A program made the translations under genes and the position numbers. Positions 7,104 to 14,382 of a stretch of 64,000 nt of DNA are shown piece after piece. The DNA comes from a virus. The notes beneath the pieces are model-generated. The model was not told the origin of the DNA. It made no database searches and saw nothing but the letters and a program-made list of their open reading frames with translations. The DNA lies in the IMG/VR virus record IMGVR_UViG_3300027541_000218, positions 1-64,000 of that record. One strand, written 5' to 3'. The first letter of the stretch is position 1. The number at the start of each line of letters is the position of its first letter.

Positions 7104-7238
7104 CTAGAAGGCATGAACGGCTGATGGTTTACCGTGTGGTCGTACCTCTTCTAGCATCCGCTCCCTTTCTGGCGGATAAGTCGCCTCTCCCTTTCTGGAG
7201 GCGCACTCCTGAGCATGAGTCTAAACTGCTCCCTTTCT
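7104..7238 (+). ncRNA. candidate anti-Shine-Dalgarno sRNA with three CCCUUUCU motifs and a 3' pseudoknot
   Basis: 5' stem CTAGAAG/CTTCTAG; hairpins ATCCGCT-CCCTTTCT-GGCGGAT and CGCCTCT-CCCTTTCT-GGAGGCG; pseudoknot 7205-7231; third CCCTTTCT at 7231-7238. Confidence 0.75.
7205..7231 (+). repeat. H-type pseudoknot repeat, copy 5
   Basis: ACTC-CTGAGCA-T-GAGT-CTAAAC-TGCTC. Confidence 0.85.
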
Positions 7239-7251
7239 GTATAATATAGAT

Positions 7252-7344
7252 ATGAGTCTATACAGAGAAAAGAATGAGTTTATTCCCATTATGAGGGATA
7301 CAGATGATCATATAGATGATTATGAAGCAATAGGCATTGATTGA
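7252..7344 (+). CDS. 30-aa leaderless micro-ORF
   Basis: TATAAT (7240-7245) 6 nt before the ATG; MSLYREKNEFIPIMRDTDDHIDDYEAIGID*. Confidence 0.4.
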   Translation: MSLYREKNEFIPIMRDTDDHIDDYEAIGID

Positions 7345-7350
7345 TATACC

Positions 7351-7388
7351 CCAACCATATTGCCCTGCAAAGGGGCAAATGTTGGTTG
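7351..7388. terminator. hairpin between convergent genes
   Basis: CAACC...TTGCCC-TGCAAAG-GGGCAA...GGTTG. Confidence 0.4.
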
Positions 7389-7395
7389 TGGGGTT

Positions 7396-8040
7396 CTATT
7401 TTGCGCCGAACTTTAAACGCCGCTTTTCCCATATTTCTAGATCTTGCGGATGATCAAAGTCTTCAGTCCAGTCGTTGATTTCAACATAGTTTGATTTATT
7501 TGTAAAGTGATGCTGTACCCGTAGGCTTTCAAGGTTCCTTATCTTTTTATACAACAGGTATGTTCCAGGACCTTTTTTGTTTTCTTCTATTACCTGCTGT
7601 AGGACATTACGAACGAACTCTTTTTGTCCCCCGTCAAAACTCAATGCAAATATTTCTTTATATTTTTTGCCAGTAATTTTTGATGCTTTGGGGCGTAGAA
7701 AAAACTGTATTGGATCTATATTATTTGCTATTGTCTCTACCGCTTGATCAGAAAACCAAACATCACCAAATGCAATAATTGTTCTATCTTCCCCCCACAG
7801 ATGGACTGATGAGTACAGTTTGGCTGCATCATTCCAGTTGCCTTCAAGAGGATATTCAGTGGCAGCATTTATACTTATATTGTTTTTAGATATTACGACT
7901 ATATCATTGCTAAACTTATTAAACTGATTAATGGTTCTGTTTAGCAGTGGTTCGCCATCTATTATTGCAAGATGTTTTGGGGTATTACGAAAGTTATTCC
8001 AACGTGTACCTTTTCCTGCTGCTGGAATGATTACTCTCAT
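7396..8040 (-). CDS. NTP-transferase (sugar/choline-phosphate nucleotidyltransferase family)
   Basis: IIPAAGKGTRW...PKHL, FGDVWF, EDFDHPQD motifs. Confidence 0.8.
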   Translation of the reverse strand: MRVIIPAAGKGTRWNNFRNTPKHLAIIDGEPLLNRTINQFNKFSNDIVVISKNNISINAATEYPLEGNWNDAAKLYSSVHLWGEDRTIIAFGDVWFSDQAVETIANNIDPIQFFLRPKASKITGKKYKEIFALSFDGGQKEFVRNVLQQVIEENKKGPGTYLLYKKIRNLESLRVQHHFTNKSNYVEINDWTEDFDHPQDLEIWEKRRLKFGAK

Positions 8041-8041
8041 G

Positions 8042-8287
8042 TCAGTCCATATAAACTAATACATCAAATGCTTCTTCGCAAGATATACATAGTGATGTTG
8101 GCTTGCCTTTAACATACTTACCGTCGCCGAGAATTATTTTTCCGCTTTTTTGCATGTCTAATAGATCTGGCGTTAATTTACCATAAATAATTGGTAATAG
8201 TTTTACATGACATTTTGGACACATAAGAATTATTCTATCATAGTTGCATTTATTTTTGCTATAAGGTATACTCTTTATATGGGACAA
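8042..8287 (-). CDS. small Zn-binding hypothetical protein
   Basis: CPKC...PIIYG...CISC; true start probably at the MCPKC Met. Confidence 0.55.
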   Translation of the reverse strand: MSHIKSIPYSKNKCNYDRIILMCPKCHVKLLPIIYGKLTPDLLDMQKSGKIILGDGKYVKGKPTSLCISCEEAFDVLVYMD

Positions 8288-8458
8288 TGTAAATGTGGTT
8301 ATTCAACTGAGTATCCAGACTGCAACGGCACACATAAAATTGTGAAAGCAGTTAAGGATGATATTATTAAACAATTAGAAGATATAGATATAGATGGTAG
8401 CAAACTAAATGCTCTTGGGTTTAAAATGCTTGCCATCGCAGCAATCAGGGGTAAGTAA
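8279..8458 (+). CDS. CDGSH iron-sulfur domain protein
   Basis: CKCGYSTEYPDCNGTH fits C-x-C-x2-S-x3-P-x-C-D/N-G-S/T-H. Confidence 0.8.
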   Translation: MGQCKCGYSTEYPDCNGTHKIVKAVKDDIIKQLEDIDIDGSKLNALGFKMLAIAAIRGK

Positions 8459-8707
8459 TGAAACATGAGGACTTGAGAGATCCTTTCACATATTGGAGAG
8501 AAATCTTGACTATGGTATTTATTATAGGCTTTTTACTTGGCGTATGGGCTTCTTAAAATACTGTAATGACTGTAATACCCCGCTACAAAATGGGGCTTGC
8601 CTTTATTGTTATAATAATAAAGAAGCGTTAGAGGAATTTGAAAAAGAAGACGATATGTGATATCCTTATAATAAGGGTCTAATTAAAATATAGAGAGCGA
8701 GATATAA

Positions 8708-9100
8708 ATGAATCCTAAAGTAACTATTGTTGGAAGACTTGGCAAAGATCCAGAGGCTATTGGACAGTCTGGAGCACGTTTTACAGTTGCCACAAACGAC
8801 AGAGTAAAGAATGAAACAACGGGTAAGTGGGAAGATAAAGACACATCTTGGTGGACAGTAAAGGCTTGGAAAACTCTTGGACAACAAGCACTTGCTAACC
8901 TTAAAAAGGGACAAGAAGTAACAATTGTTGGAACAATTTATCAAGAAAGTTGGAAAGACAGCAGTGGCAATGCAAGAACATCCTATGAAGTTAATGCAGA
9001 ATCAATTGCTCTAACTCTTCACACAATTGCAAAAGAAGTTCCATCGCCTGCTATGGCAACAGTGAGTGGAGAAGATCCATGGGTCAAGGCTAATGCCTAA
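8708..9100 (+). CDS. ssb: single-stranded DNA-binding protein (bacterial type)
   Basis: VTIVGRLGKDPE, FTVATNDR, WWTVKAW, LKKGQEVTIVG, DPW tail. Confidence 0.9.
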   Translation: MNPKVTIVGRLGKDPEAIGQSGARFTVATNDRVKNETTGKWEDKDTSWWTVKAWKTLGQQALANLKKGQEVTIVGTIYQESWKDSSGNARTSYEVNAESIALTLHTIAKEVPSPAMATVSGEDPWVKANA

Positions 9101-9344
9101 TTGGACAGAGGAACTCTCAGACGAGCAGAAGAAGCAAGTCTGGGAGTTCATTGTTTTTACAGTAAAAGAAATACGAGAGCAGATTGCTCTTGATATTGAG
9201 TATACTTATGAAGTATGGGCTACACACGGCAAAACAAAAAGTCGTAGAACTAAAAAGGCTTTTGAAGTTTGTGCAGATATAGCCAGAGGATTAAACGAAA
9301 GGATGCCAGATGAAACTAACAGAGGCAGCACAGGAGAAGGTTAG
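9066..9344 (+). CDS. hypothetical protein
   Basis: ORF bridging ssb and the IscA-like gene; probable start at MPNWTEE. Confidence 0.6.
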   Translation: MEKIHGSRLMPNWTEELSDEQKKQVWEFIVFTVKEIREQIALDIEYTYEVWATHGKTKSRRTKKAFEVCADIARGLNERMPDETNRGSTGEG

Positions 9345-9639
9345 AGAATTAATTAAGGGTACACAAATTGCTATCCCTAATCATGAAATATTCTTACGTG
9401 TTACTGTAATGCCTGGAGGATGCTCAGGGCTAAAACATCAAACATATTTTGATTACGAAAAACGTGATAATGATAGCGTGTTTAGTTATGATGGGTTTGA
9501 TCTTAGAGTAGATAATCTATCTTTGCCTTATCTAGATGGGGCTACCATAGAATACTTTGATACCATTGAAAAACAAGGATTTTTTCTAGATAATCCAAAT
9601 GCTACAGGAACATGTTCTTGTGGTGATAGTTTTCACTAA
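9310..9639 (+). CDS. A-type Fe-S cluster carrier (IscA/HesB/ErpA family)
   Basis: LTEAA, PGGCSGL, YLDGATIEY, NPNATGTCSCGDSF. Confidence 0.92.
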   Translation: MKLTEAAQEKVRELIKGTQIAIPNHEIFLRVTVMPGGCSGLKHQTYFDYEKRDNDSVFSYDGFDLRVDNLSLPYLDGATIEYFDTIEKQGFFLDNPNATGTCSCGDSFH

Positions 9640-9657
9640 TGGTGTTATACTCACCAT

Positions 9658-9939
9658 ATGACAACAAACAGAATAGTTGCTCTTAGCACAACTTCACCTT
9701 TATTGCTAAGTCCTGCAGGAACACACTCTGGAGTTGATATCACAGTGCAAAATATCAACGCTACAGGATATGTTTATCTTGGCGGATCAAATTTAACTAA
9801 CGCAAATTATGGTTTTAGAATTGATCCTAGCCATGCAATTTCAATTGAATTAAATGGAAGAGATGCTTTGTATGCCCTTGGTTCTACCAGTGGATTATCT
9901 GCTTCTATTCTTATGACTAATCTAGAACAAGGAATGTAA
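9658..9939 (+). CDS. hypothetical beta-rich protein (possible virion accessory)
   Basis: 93 aa, leaderless signature; coupled to the collagen-like gene. Confidence 0.65.
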   Translation: MTTNRIVALSTTSPLLLSPAGTHSGVDITVQNINATGYVYLGGSNLTNANYGFRIDPSHAISIELNGRDALYALGSTSGLSASILMTNLEQGM

Positions 9940-10508
9940 TGGCACGTTTTTATAATCCACCAGATGTTGGCGTACCTGGTCCACAAGGTCCACAAGGTCC
10001 TACTGGTCCGCAAGGTCCACAAGGAGATCCTGGTCCTGCTGGAGGATTTGGATATTCAGCATCATATTGGAGCACTGTAGATCAAACTGGAACAAGTGGA
10101 TCTATTCAAGCACATACATTAAATAATATTGATTGGGAAGATGGAATTCAGTTAGTAGATAATTCTAAAATTACCTTTTTATATGCTGGTAAATACAATA
10201 TTGCATTTTCTGATCAGTGGCACCACACTGGCGGTGGAGGATCTGGTAGCACAGTAAATATTTGGCTTGCAAAAAACGGTACAGCAATAGAGGATACAAA
10301 TACAAAAGTAATTGTTAACACTAATAATCCTTATTATGTTGCAGCATGGAACTTTTTTGTTAATGCTAGTACAAATGATTATTATCAAATAATGTGGTCT
10401 GCTGATACTACAACTATAAAATTAGAAGCAGAGCCTGGAACTGGCAGTGGTGCAAATCGCCATCCGTCAATTCCTTCTGTTATTGTAACTGTTAACCAAG
10501 TAGGTTAA
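9939..10508 (+). CDS. collagen-like repeat protein with C1q/BclA-like C-terminal domain
   Basis: (GPQ)n Gly-X-Y run; AGKYNIAFS, IWLAKNG motifs. Confidence 0.75.
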   Translation: MARFYNPPDVGVPGPQGPQGPTGPQGPQGDPGPAGGFGYSASYWSTVDQTGTSGSIQAHTLNNIDWEDGIQLVDNSKITFLYAGKYNIAFSDQWHHTGGGGSGSTVNIWLAKNGTAIEDTNTKVIVNTNNPYYVAAWNFFVNASTNDYYQIMWSADTTTIKLEAEPGTGSGANRHPSIPSVIVTVNQVG

Positions 10509-10544
10509 TTTGACAAAACCTAGGGGTAGGTATATAATAGAAGT

Positions 10545-10658
10545 ATGGAAAAGGGTAGAGTAGTTATTTGTGATTTATGCAATAAAACTATAGAAGTTCG
10601 TTGGGGTATTTTTGCTCATCAATCTTTATACCGCCATAAAAAGGCTGATCATAAATGA
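10545..10658 (+). CDS. 37-aa C2H2-like zinc-finger micro-protein
   Basis: TTGACA-17-TATAAT then 6 nt to ATG; CDLC...H...HKKADH. Confidence 0.5.
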   Translation: MEKGRVVICDLCNKTIEVRWGIFAHQSLYRHKKADHK

Positions 10659-11347
10659 AACAAAGAATCATTGAGTTTGCTGCAGATGGTACAGCAATTC
10701 CAGATATAAAACCTTCTAAAAACTCTATACCCACATGGTATAAAGATATACCAACTTTTAACAAAAAGAATATAGTCTTTAATGATGGCATAGAGCCATT
10801 TAAAAATGTCAAATCATGTGTACCATTTTTAGATGCAATGAACACTGGTTATACCGTTACACTATGGTCAGACGTTTATTGTAATCTTGGTGATACTGGT
10901 AATCATAATTTTAGATGGACAATCGGACCAGATCCTATTTTATACCGTGGTAAAAATAAACATTTTTTAACTACAACAGATGAGTTTACTGATGATAGTT
11001 TTGCATGGCAGTCTCCATACTGCTTTAAATTACCAGATGGTTACAGTGCTATTGTAACTCACCCATTTAATAGGCATGACTTGCCCTTTGTTACACTTAC
11101 AGGAATTGTAGATGCCGATGATATTATGACTTCTGGTAATGTACCGTTTTTGCTTAAAAAGGACTTTAGTGGTATCATTGAAATAGGAACTCCTTTATTT
11201 CAGATTATTCCATTCAAAAGAGAAACTTGGAAAGCAGAAAGAAATGAAGAACTTCTCAAAATTGCTAATGATCAAAAAATTTCATCACAAAGAAAGTTTT
11301 TTAATTATTACAGAGATAAAATTTGGAAAAAGAAAGAATATCTATAG
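10655..11347 (+). CDS. conserved phage hypothetical protein (paralog of 21545-22246)
   Basis: IPTWYK, KSCVPFLDAM..GY, THPFNRHDLPF..L.GIVD.D, GTPLFQIIPFKRE.W. Confidence 0.75.
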   Translation: MKQRIIEFAADGTAIPDIKPSKNSIPTWYKDIPTFNKKNIVFNDGIEPFKNVKSCVPFLDAMNTGYTVTLWSDVYCNLGDTGNHNFRWTIGPDPILYRGKNKHFLTTTDEFTDDSFAWQSPYCFKLPDGYSAIVTHPFNRHDLPFVTLTGIVDADDIMTSGNVPFLLKKDFSGIIEIGTPLFQIIPFKRETWKAERNEELLKIANDQKISSQRKFFNYYRDKIWKKKEYL

Positions 11348-12081
11348 GAGATAATATGCCACACAGCGTAAAAGAAAGAATAACAATTGGATGGTGCGAT
11401 AACGGAGTTGTAGAAGGACGTTTTGCAAGCGGTATTGTTAATACTGTCATTCAAGGAAAAGAATTTGGATTAAATATTATTAACACTATTCGTGTTAATG
11501 GTAATCAGATTGCACGTCAAAGACAATCTTTATGGGATTTTTGGGCAGACCTATCTGATAGTGAATGGTTGTTATGGGTTGATTCTGATATTATCATTAC
11601 CCCACAAGTTGTAAAAATGCTTTGGGAAGTTGCAGATAAAAAGACTAAGCCAGTTGTAACGGGGACATATTTTGTTTCTGCAGAAAACGAACAAACTCTT
11701 ATGAGACCAATGCCAGCGTTGTATTTAGAAACAGGTGATATTTATCAAACACAAGTTTTACATCCTTTGCCAGAAAATCAGGTTGTTCCAGTAGATGTGG
11801 CTGGGTTTGGACTTATGCTAATGCACCGCTCAATTATTGATCCAGTAAAGGCTGTTGCTGGTGATATTTCTGTGTTTGGAGAAAACCAACAGGCTGCTAA
11901 TAAGTTTGTTAGTGAAGATGTTTCATTCTGTCGCAATCTTAAGAAAGCAGGATTCCAATTGTACGCACATACTGGTGCAACTGTTCAGCATATGAAAACA
12001 TTTTCATTTGATAAAAACTATTACAACATATATTGGGATGCTATGACTAGCGGAAAGATTAAGAAGCCCGAAAATGGCTGA
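11323..12081 (+). CDS. GT-A fold glycosyltransferase (GT2-like)
   Basis: WLLWVDSD (DxD), AGFGLMLMHR, SEDVSFC...H motifs. Confidence 0.75.
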   Translation: MEKERISIGDNMPHSVKERITIGWCDNGVVEGRFASGIVNTVIQGKEFGLNIINTIRVNGNQIARQRQSLWDFWADLSDSEWLLWVDSDIIITPQVVKMLWEVADKKTKPVVTGTYFVSAENEQTLMRPMPALYLETGDIYQTQVLHPLPENQVVPVDVAGFGLMLMHRSIIDPVKAVAGDISVFGENQQAANKFVSEDVSFCRNLKKAGFQLYAHTGATVQHMKTFSFDKNYYNIYWDAMTSGKIKKPENG

Positions 12082-12331
12082 TCCAAATCAAACTCCACAA
12101 AGAGGTGATTGGGCTTGTCCATGCAATGGCTGTAAAAAGGCTGTTGCTTTTGAACGCAAACAACTTTTAGAACTACTTGAAGTAACCAAAGTTGAATATC
12201 AGATTTATCGTGGGTCAAGTTTTGATAAAGATGGCAATCTTCTTTGGATGAAAGATGATGTTGAAGCATATTCTGAAGGAATAGATGTTGCAATTAATTT
12301 AATAAAAAGCAGAATGGATAAAAAGAAATGA
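12074..12331 (+). CDS. hypothetical protein
   Basis: 85 aa, CPCNGC motif. Confidence 0.6.
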   Translation: MADPNQTPQRGDWACPCNGCKKAVAFERKQLLELLEVTKVEYQIYRGSSFDKDGNLLWMKDDVEAYSEGIDVAINLIKSRMDKKK

Positions 12332-13857
12332 AACTATTGGCAATAGGTATGCAACATCACGATCATAATGCAGCATATTTTGATGGAGAAAAACTACACT
12401 ATCATAAATTTGAAAGAACAAAACAAATTAAACACTTTGAATATGAAAATAGATGGGAAATATTTAAAGATGTTCAAGAACTATGGAACTTTAAATTAGA
12501 TGAAATAGATGATATTGTTATTGATTATGACTATGCTACCTTTTTTCAAAACATAGACCCAGAGTTTGATTTAACAAGACCAGAAGTGTTATTTTATAGA
12601 ATACCAAAAAAATACAATCCTTTTGAATCTTTTGGTATAAAAAATGCATGGCATATAAGCCATCATTATTCTCACGCCTTATCCACATGGATGCTAGAAG
12701 ATAAGAATAATTCTCCAAGAGTTAGAGTTGTTATAGATGGCATGGGAAATAATAAAACATGTACAATTTTTGAAAATAATGTTGTTATAAAGAGTGTATA
12801 TGAGGCTGACGCTGGATCAATTGGGTTTCATATGAACAATGCTGCTATGTGGCTTGGTGTAAACAAAGTGAGTTCGCTTGACAATGCTGGCAAAGTTATG
12901 GGCTTACAGTCATACGGAAGGGTTCATGACCAATACTTAAAAGAAATTAATGAGTTTGGAATTGATAATGCTAATGCCATATTTGACTTGACTAGATGGA
13001 ATAACTACATGAAAGATCCATTGTTAACTAATCTTACCCCTCTTGACTGGATTAGAACTGTGCATGAAAGAGTTGGGGATCTTTTAGTAGAACTATTTAG
13101 TAAGTATATTAATAAAGAAGAAAGTGTTTCGTACTCTGGAGGAGTAGCACAAAATGTTGTATGGAATACAAAACTAATTCATAATTTTCCTAATATAATT
13201 ATTCCACCACATTCTAGTGATGAAGGATGTAGTTTAGGTGCAATTGAATGGTTAAGAAAATATCACGATCTTCCTGAGTTTAAACTTGAAAACTTTCCAT
13301 ATTGTCAAAATGATTATGCTCCAAGCACAGAGCCTACAGATGAAACAATTAAGTATGCAGCCAAAATGTTGGCAGAAAATAAGATTGTAGGTTGGTATCA
13401 GGGACATGGGGAAGTTGGTCCTAGAGCGTTGGGTCATAGGTCTATATTAATGAATCCTGCTATACCGCTTGGAAAAGAAATTATTAATTCTGTTAAAAAA
13501 CGAGAAAACTATAGACCATTTGGAGCATCTGTTTTATCTGAGCATGTACTAGATTATTTTAAATATGATATAAAAGATCCACACATGCTATTTACTAATG
13601 ACTTTAAGGTTGATACGTTCCCAGCAATTACTCACGTTGATGGCACTTGTAGAACTCAAACGGTAGAAAATGATGGATCTGCATACAGAAAACTAATTGA
13701 AGAATTTTATAAGTTGACTGGACATGCATTAATTCTGAATACTAGTTTAAACATTAATGGAAAACCAATTGCAGGATATCCTGAGAATGCTATTGACTTG
13801 TTTGAGTTTTCTATGATAGACTGTATGATAATTGGAAATACAATATTAAATAAATAA
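12328..13857 (+). CDS. carbamoyltransferase (NodU/CmcH/TobZ family)
   Basis: HHDHNAA, HHYSHA, IDGMG, GKVMGL..YG, SGGVAQN, GPRALGHRS, KKRE.YRPF, HVDGT.R.Q, LNTSLN. Confidence 0.92.
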   Translation: MKLLAIGMQHHDHNAAYFDGEKLHYHKFERTKQIKHFEYENRWEIFKDVQELWNFKLDEIDDIVIDYDYATFFQNIDPEFDLTRPEVLFYRIPKKYNPFESFGIKNAWHISHHYSHALSTWMLEDKNNSPRVRVVIDGMGNNKTCTIFENNVVIKSVYEADAGSIGFHMNNAAMWLGVNKVSSLDNAGKVMGLQSYGRVHDQYLKEINEFGIDNANAIFDLTRWNNYMKDPLLTNLTPLDWIRTVHERVGDLLVELFSKYINKEESVSYSGGVAQNVVWNTKLIHNFPNIIIPPHSSDEGCSLGAIEWLRKYHDLPEFKLENFPYCQNDYAPSTEPTDETIKYAAKMLAENKIVGWYQGHGEVGPRALGHRSILMNPAIPLGKEIINSVKKRENYRPFGASVLSEHVLDYFKYDIKDPHMLFTNDFKVDTFPAITHVDGTCRTQTVENDGSAYRKLIEEFYKLTGHALILNTSLNINGKPIAGYPENAIDLFEFSMIDCMIIGNTILNK

Positions 13858-13933
13858 TGGTCTGTAGTTCAGTTGGCAGAACAAGGCACTGTTAATGCCT
13901 GGGTCGTAGGTTCGAGTCCTACCAGACCAGCCA
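13858..13933 (+). tRNA. tRNA-Asn(GTT)
   Basis: TGGTCTG/CAGACCA acceptor, AGGCA-CTGTTAA-TGCCT anticodon arm, GTTCGAGT T-loop, encoded CCA. Confidence 0.95.
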
Positions 13934-13934
13934 A

Positions 13935-14008
13935 GCGAATATTGCATAGTGGTAGTGCGTAACCTTGCCAAGGTTAATGTGCGAGTTCGATTCTCGCTAT
14001 TCGCTCCA
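13935..14008 (+). tRNA. tRNA-Gly(GCC)
   Basis: GCGAATA/TATTCGC acceptor, TTGCCAA loop, encoded CCA. Confidence 0.93.
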
Positions 14009-14009
14009 A

Positions 14010-14083
14010 GGTCCGTTAGTTCAGTTGGTTAGAACGCCACCCTGTCACGGTGGAGGTCGTGAGTTCAAGTCTCATACGGATCG
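14010..14083 (+). tRNA. tRNA-Asp(GTC)
   Basis: GGTCCGT/ACGGATC acceptor, CCACC-CTGTCAC-GGTGG; CCA not encoded. Confidence 0.92.
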
Positions 14084-14087
14084 CTAA

Positions 14088-14159
14088 GTCTCCATCGTCT
14101 AGTGGTTAGGACAACACCCTTTCACGGTGTAAACGAGAGTTCAATTCTCTCTGGAGATA
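14088..14159 (+). tRNA. tRNA-Glu(TTC)
   Basis: GTCTCCA/TGGAGAT acceptor, ACACC-CTTTCAC-GGTGT. Confidence 0.92.
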
Positions 14160-14165
14160 CTCGAA

Positions 14166-14305
14166 ATAACATCTGAACAATGTTATGGAGATCGTTATTA
14201 CTGAAACTGAGTTCGTGGGCGCATCATACGAAGGTGTTCAGACCGAAGGAGATTGCTCTGCTACCCCACTAGGTAATAACAGCCAGCGGAGACTTTGTGG
14301 CTGGC
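14166..14305 (+). ncRNA. unidentified pseudoknotted RNA inside the tRNA cluster
   Basis: ATAACAT/ATGTTAT hairpin whose loop CTGAACA complements TGTTCAG at 14235; GTTATTAC/GTAATAAC; TTCGTG/TACGAA; GCCAGC/GCTGGC. Confidence 0.6.
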
Positions 14306-14309
14306 ATTT

Positions 14310-14381
14310 GCCTCCTTAACTCAGGGGTAGAGTACCCGCCTTGTAAGCGGGTTGTCGTAGGTTCAAATCCTACAGGAGGCT
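14310..14381 (+). tRNA. tRNA-Thr(TGT)
   Basis: GCCTCCT/AGGAGGC acceptor, CCCGC-CTTGTAA-GCGGG, GTTCAAAT T-loop. Confidence 0.93.
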
Positions 14382-14382
14382 C

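Noticed and set aside
134-7231. Repeats read as a CRISPR array
   Set aside because: Copies are dispersed at irregular, gene-sized intervals and vary by compensatory pairing; there is no repeat-spacer periodicity.
14187-14280. Glycine riboswitch
   Set aside because: Has GGAGA and CCGAAGGAG but lacks the CUCUCAGG strand, and sits between tRNAs, not in a 5' UTR.
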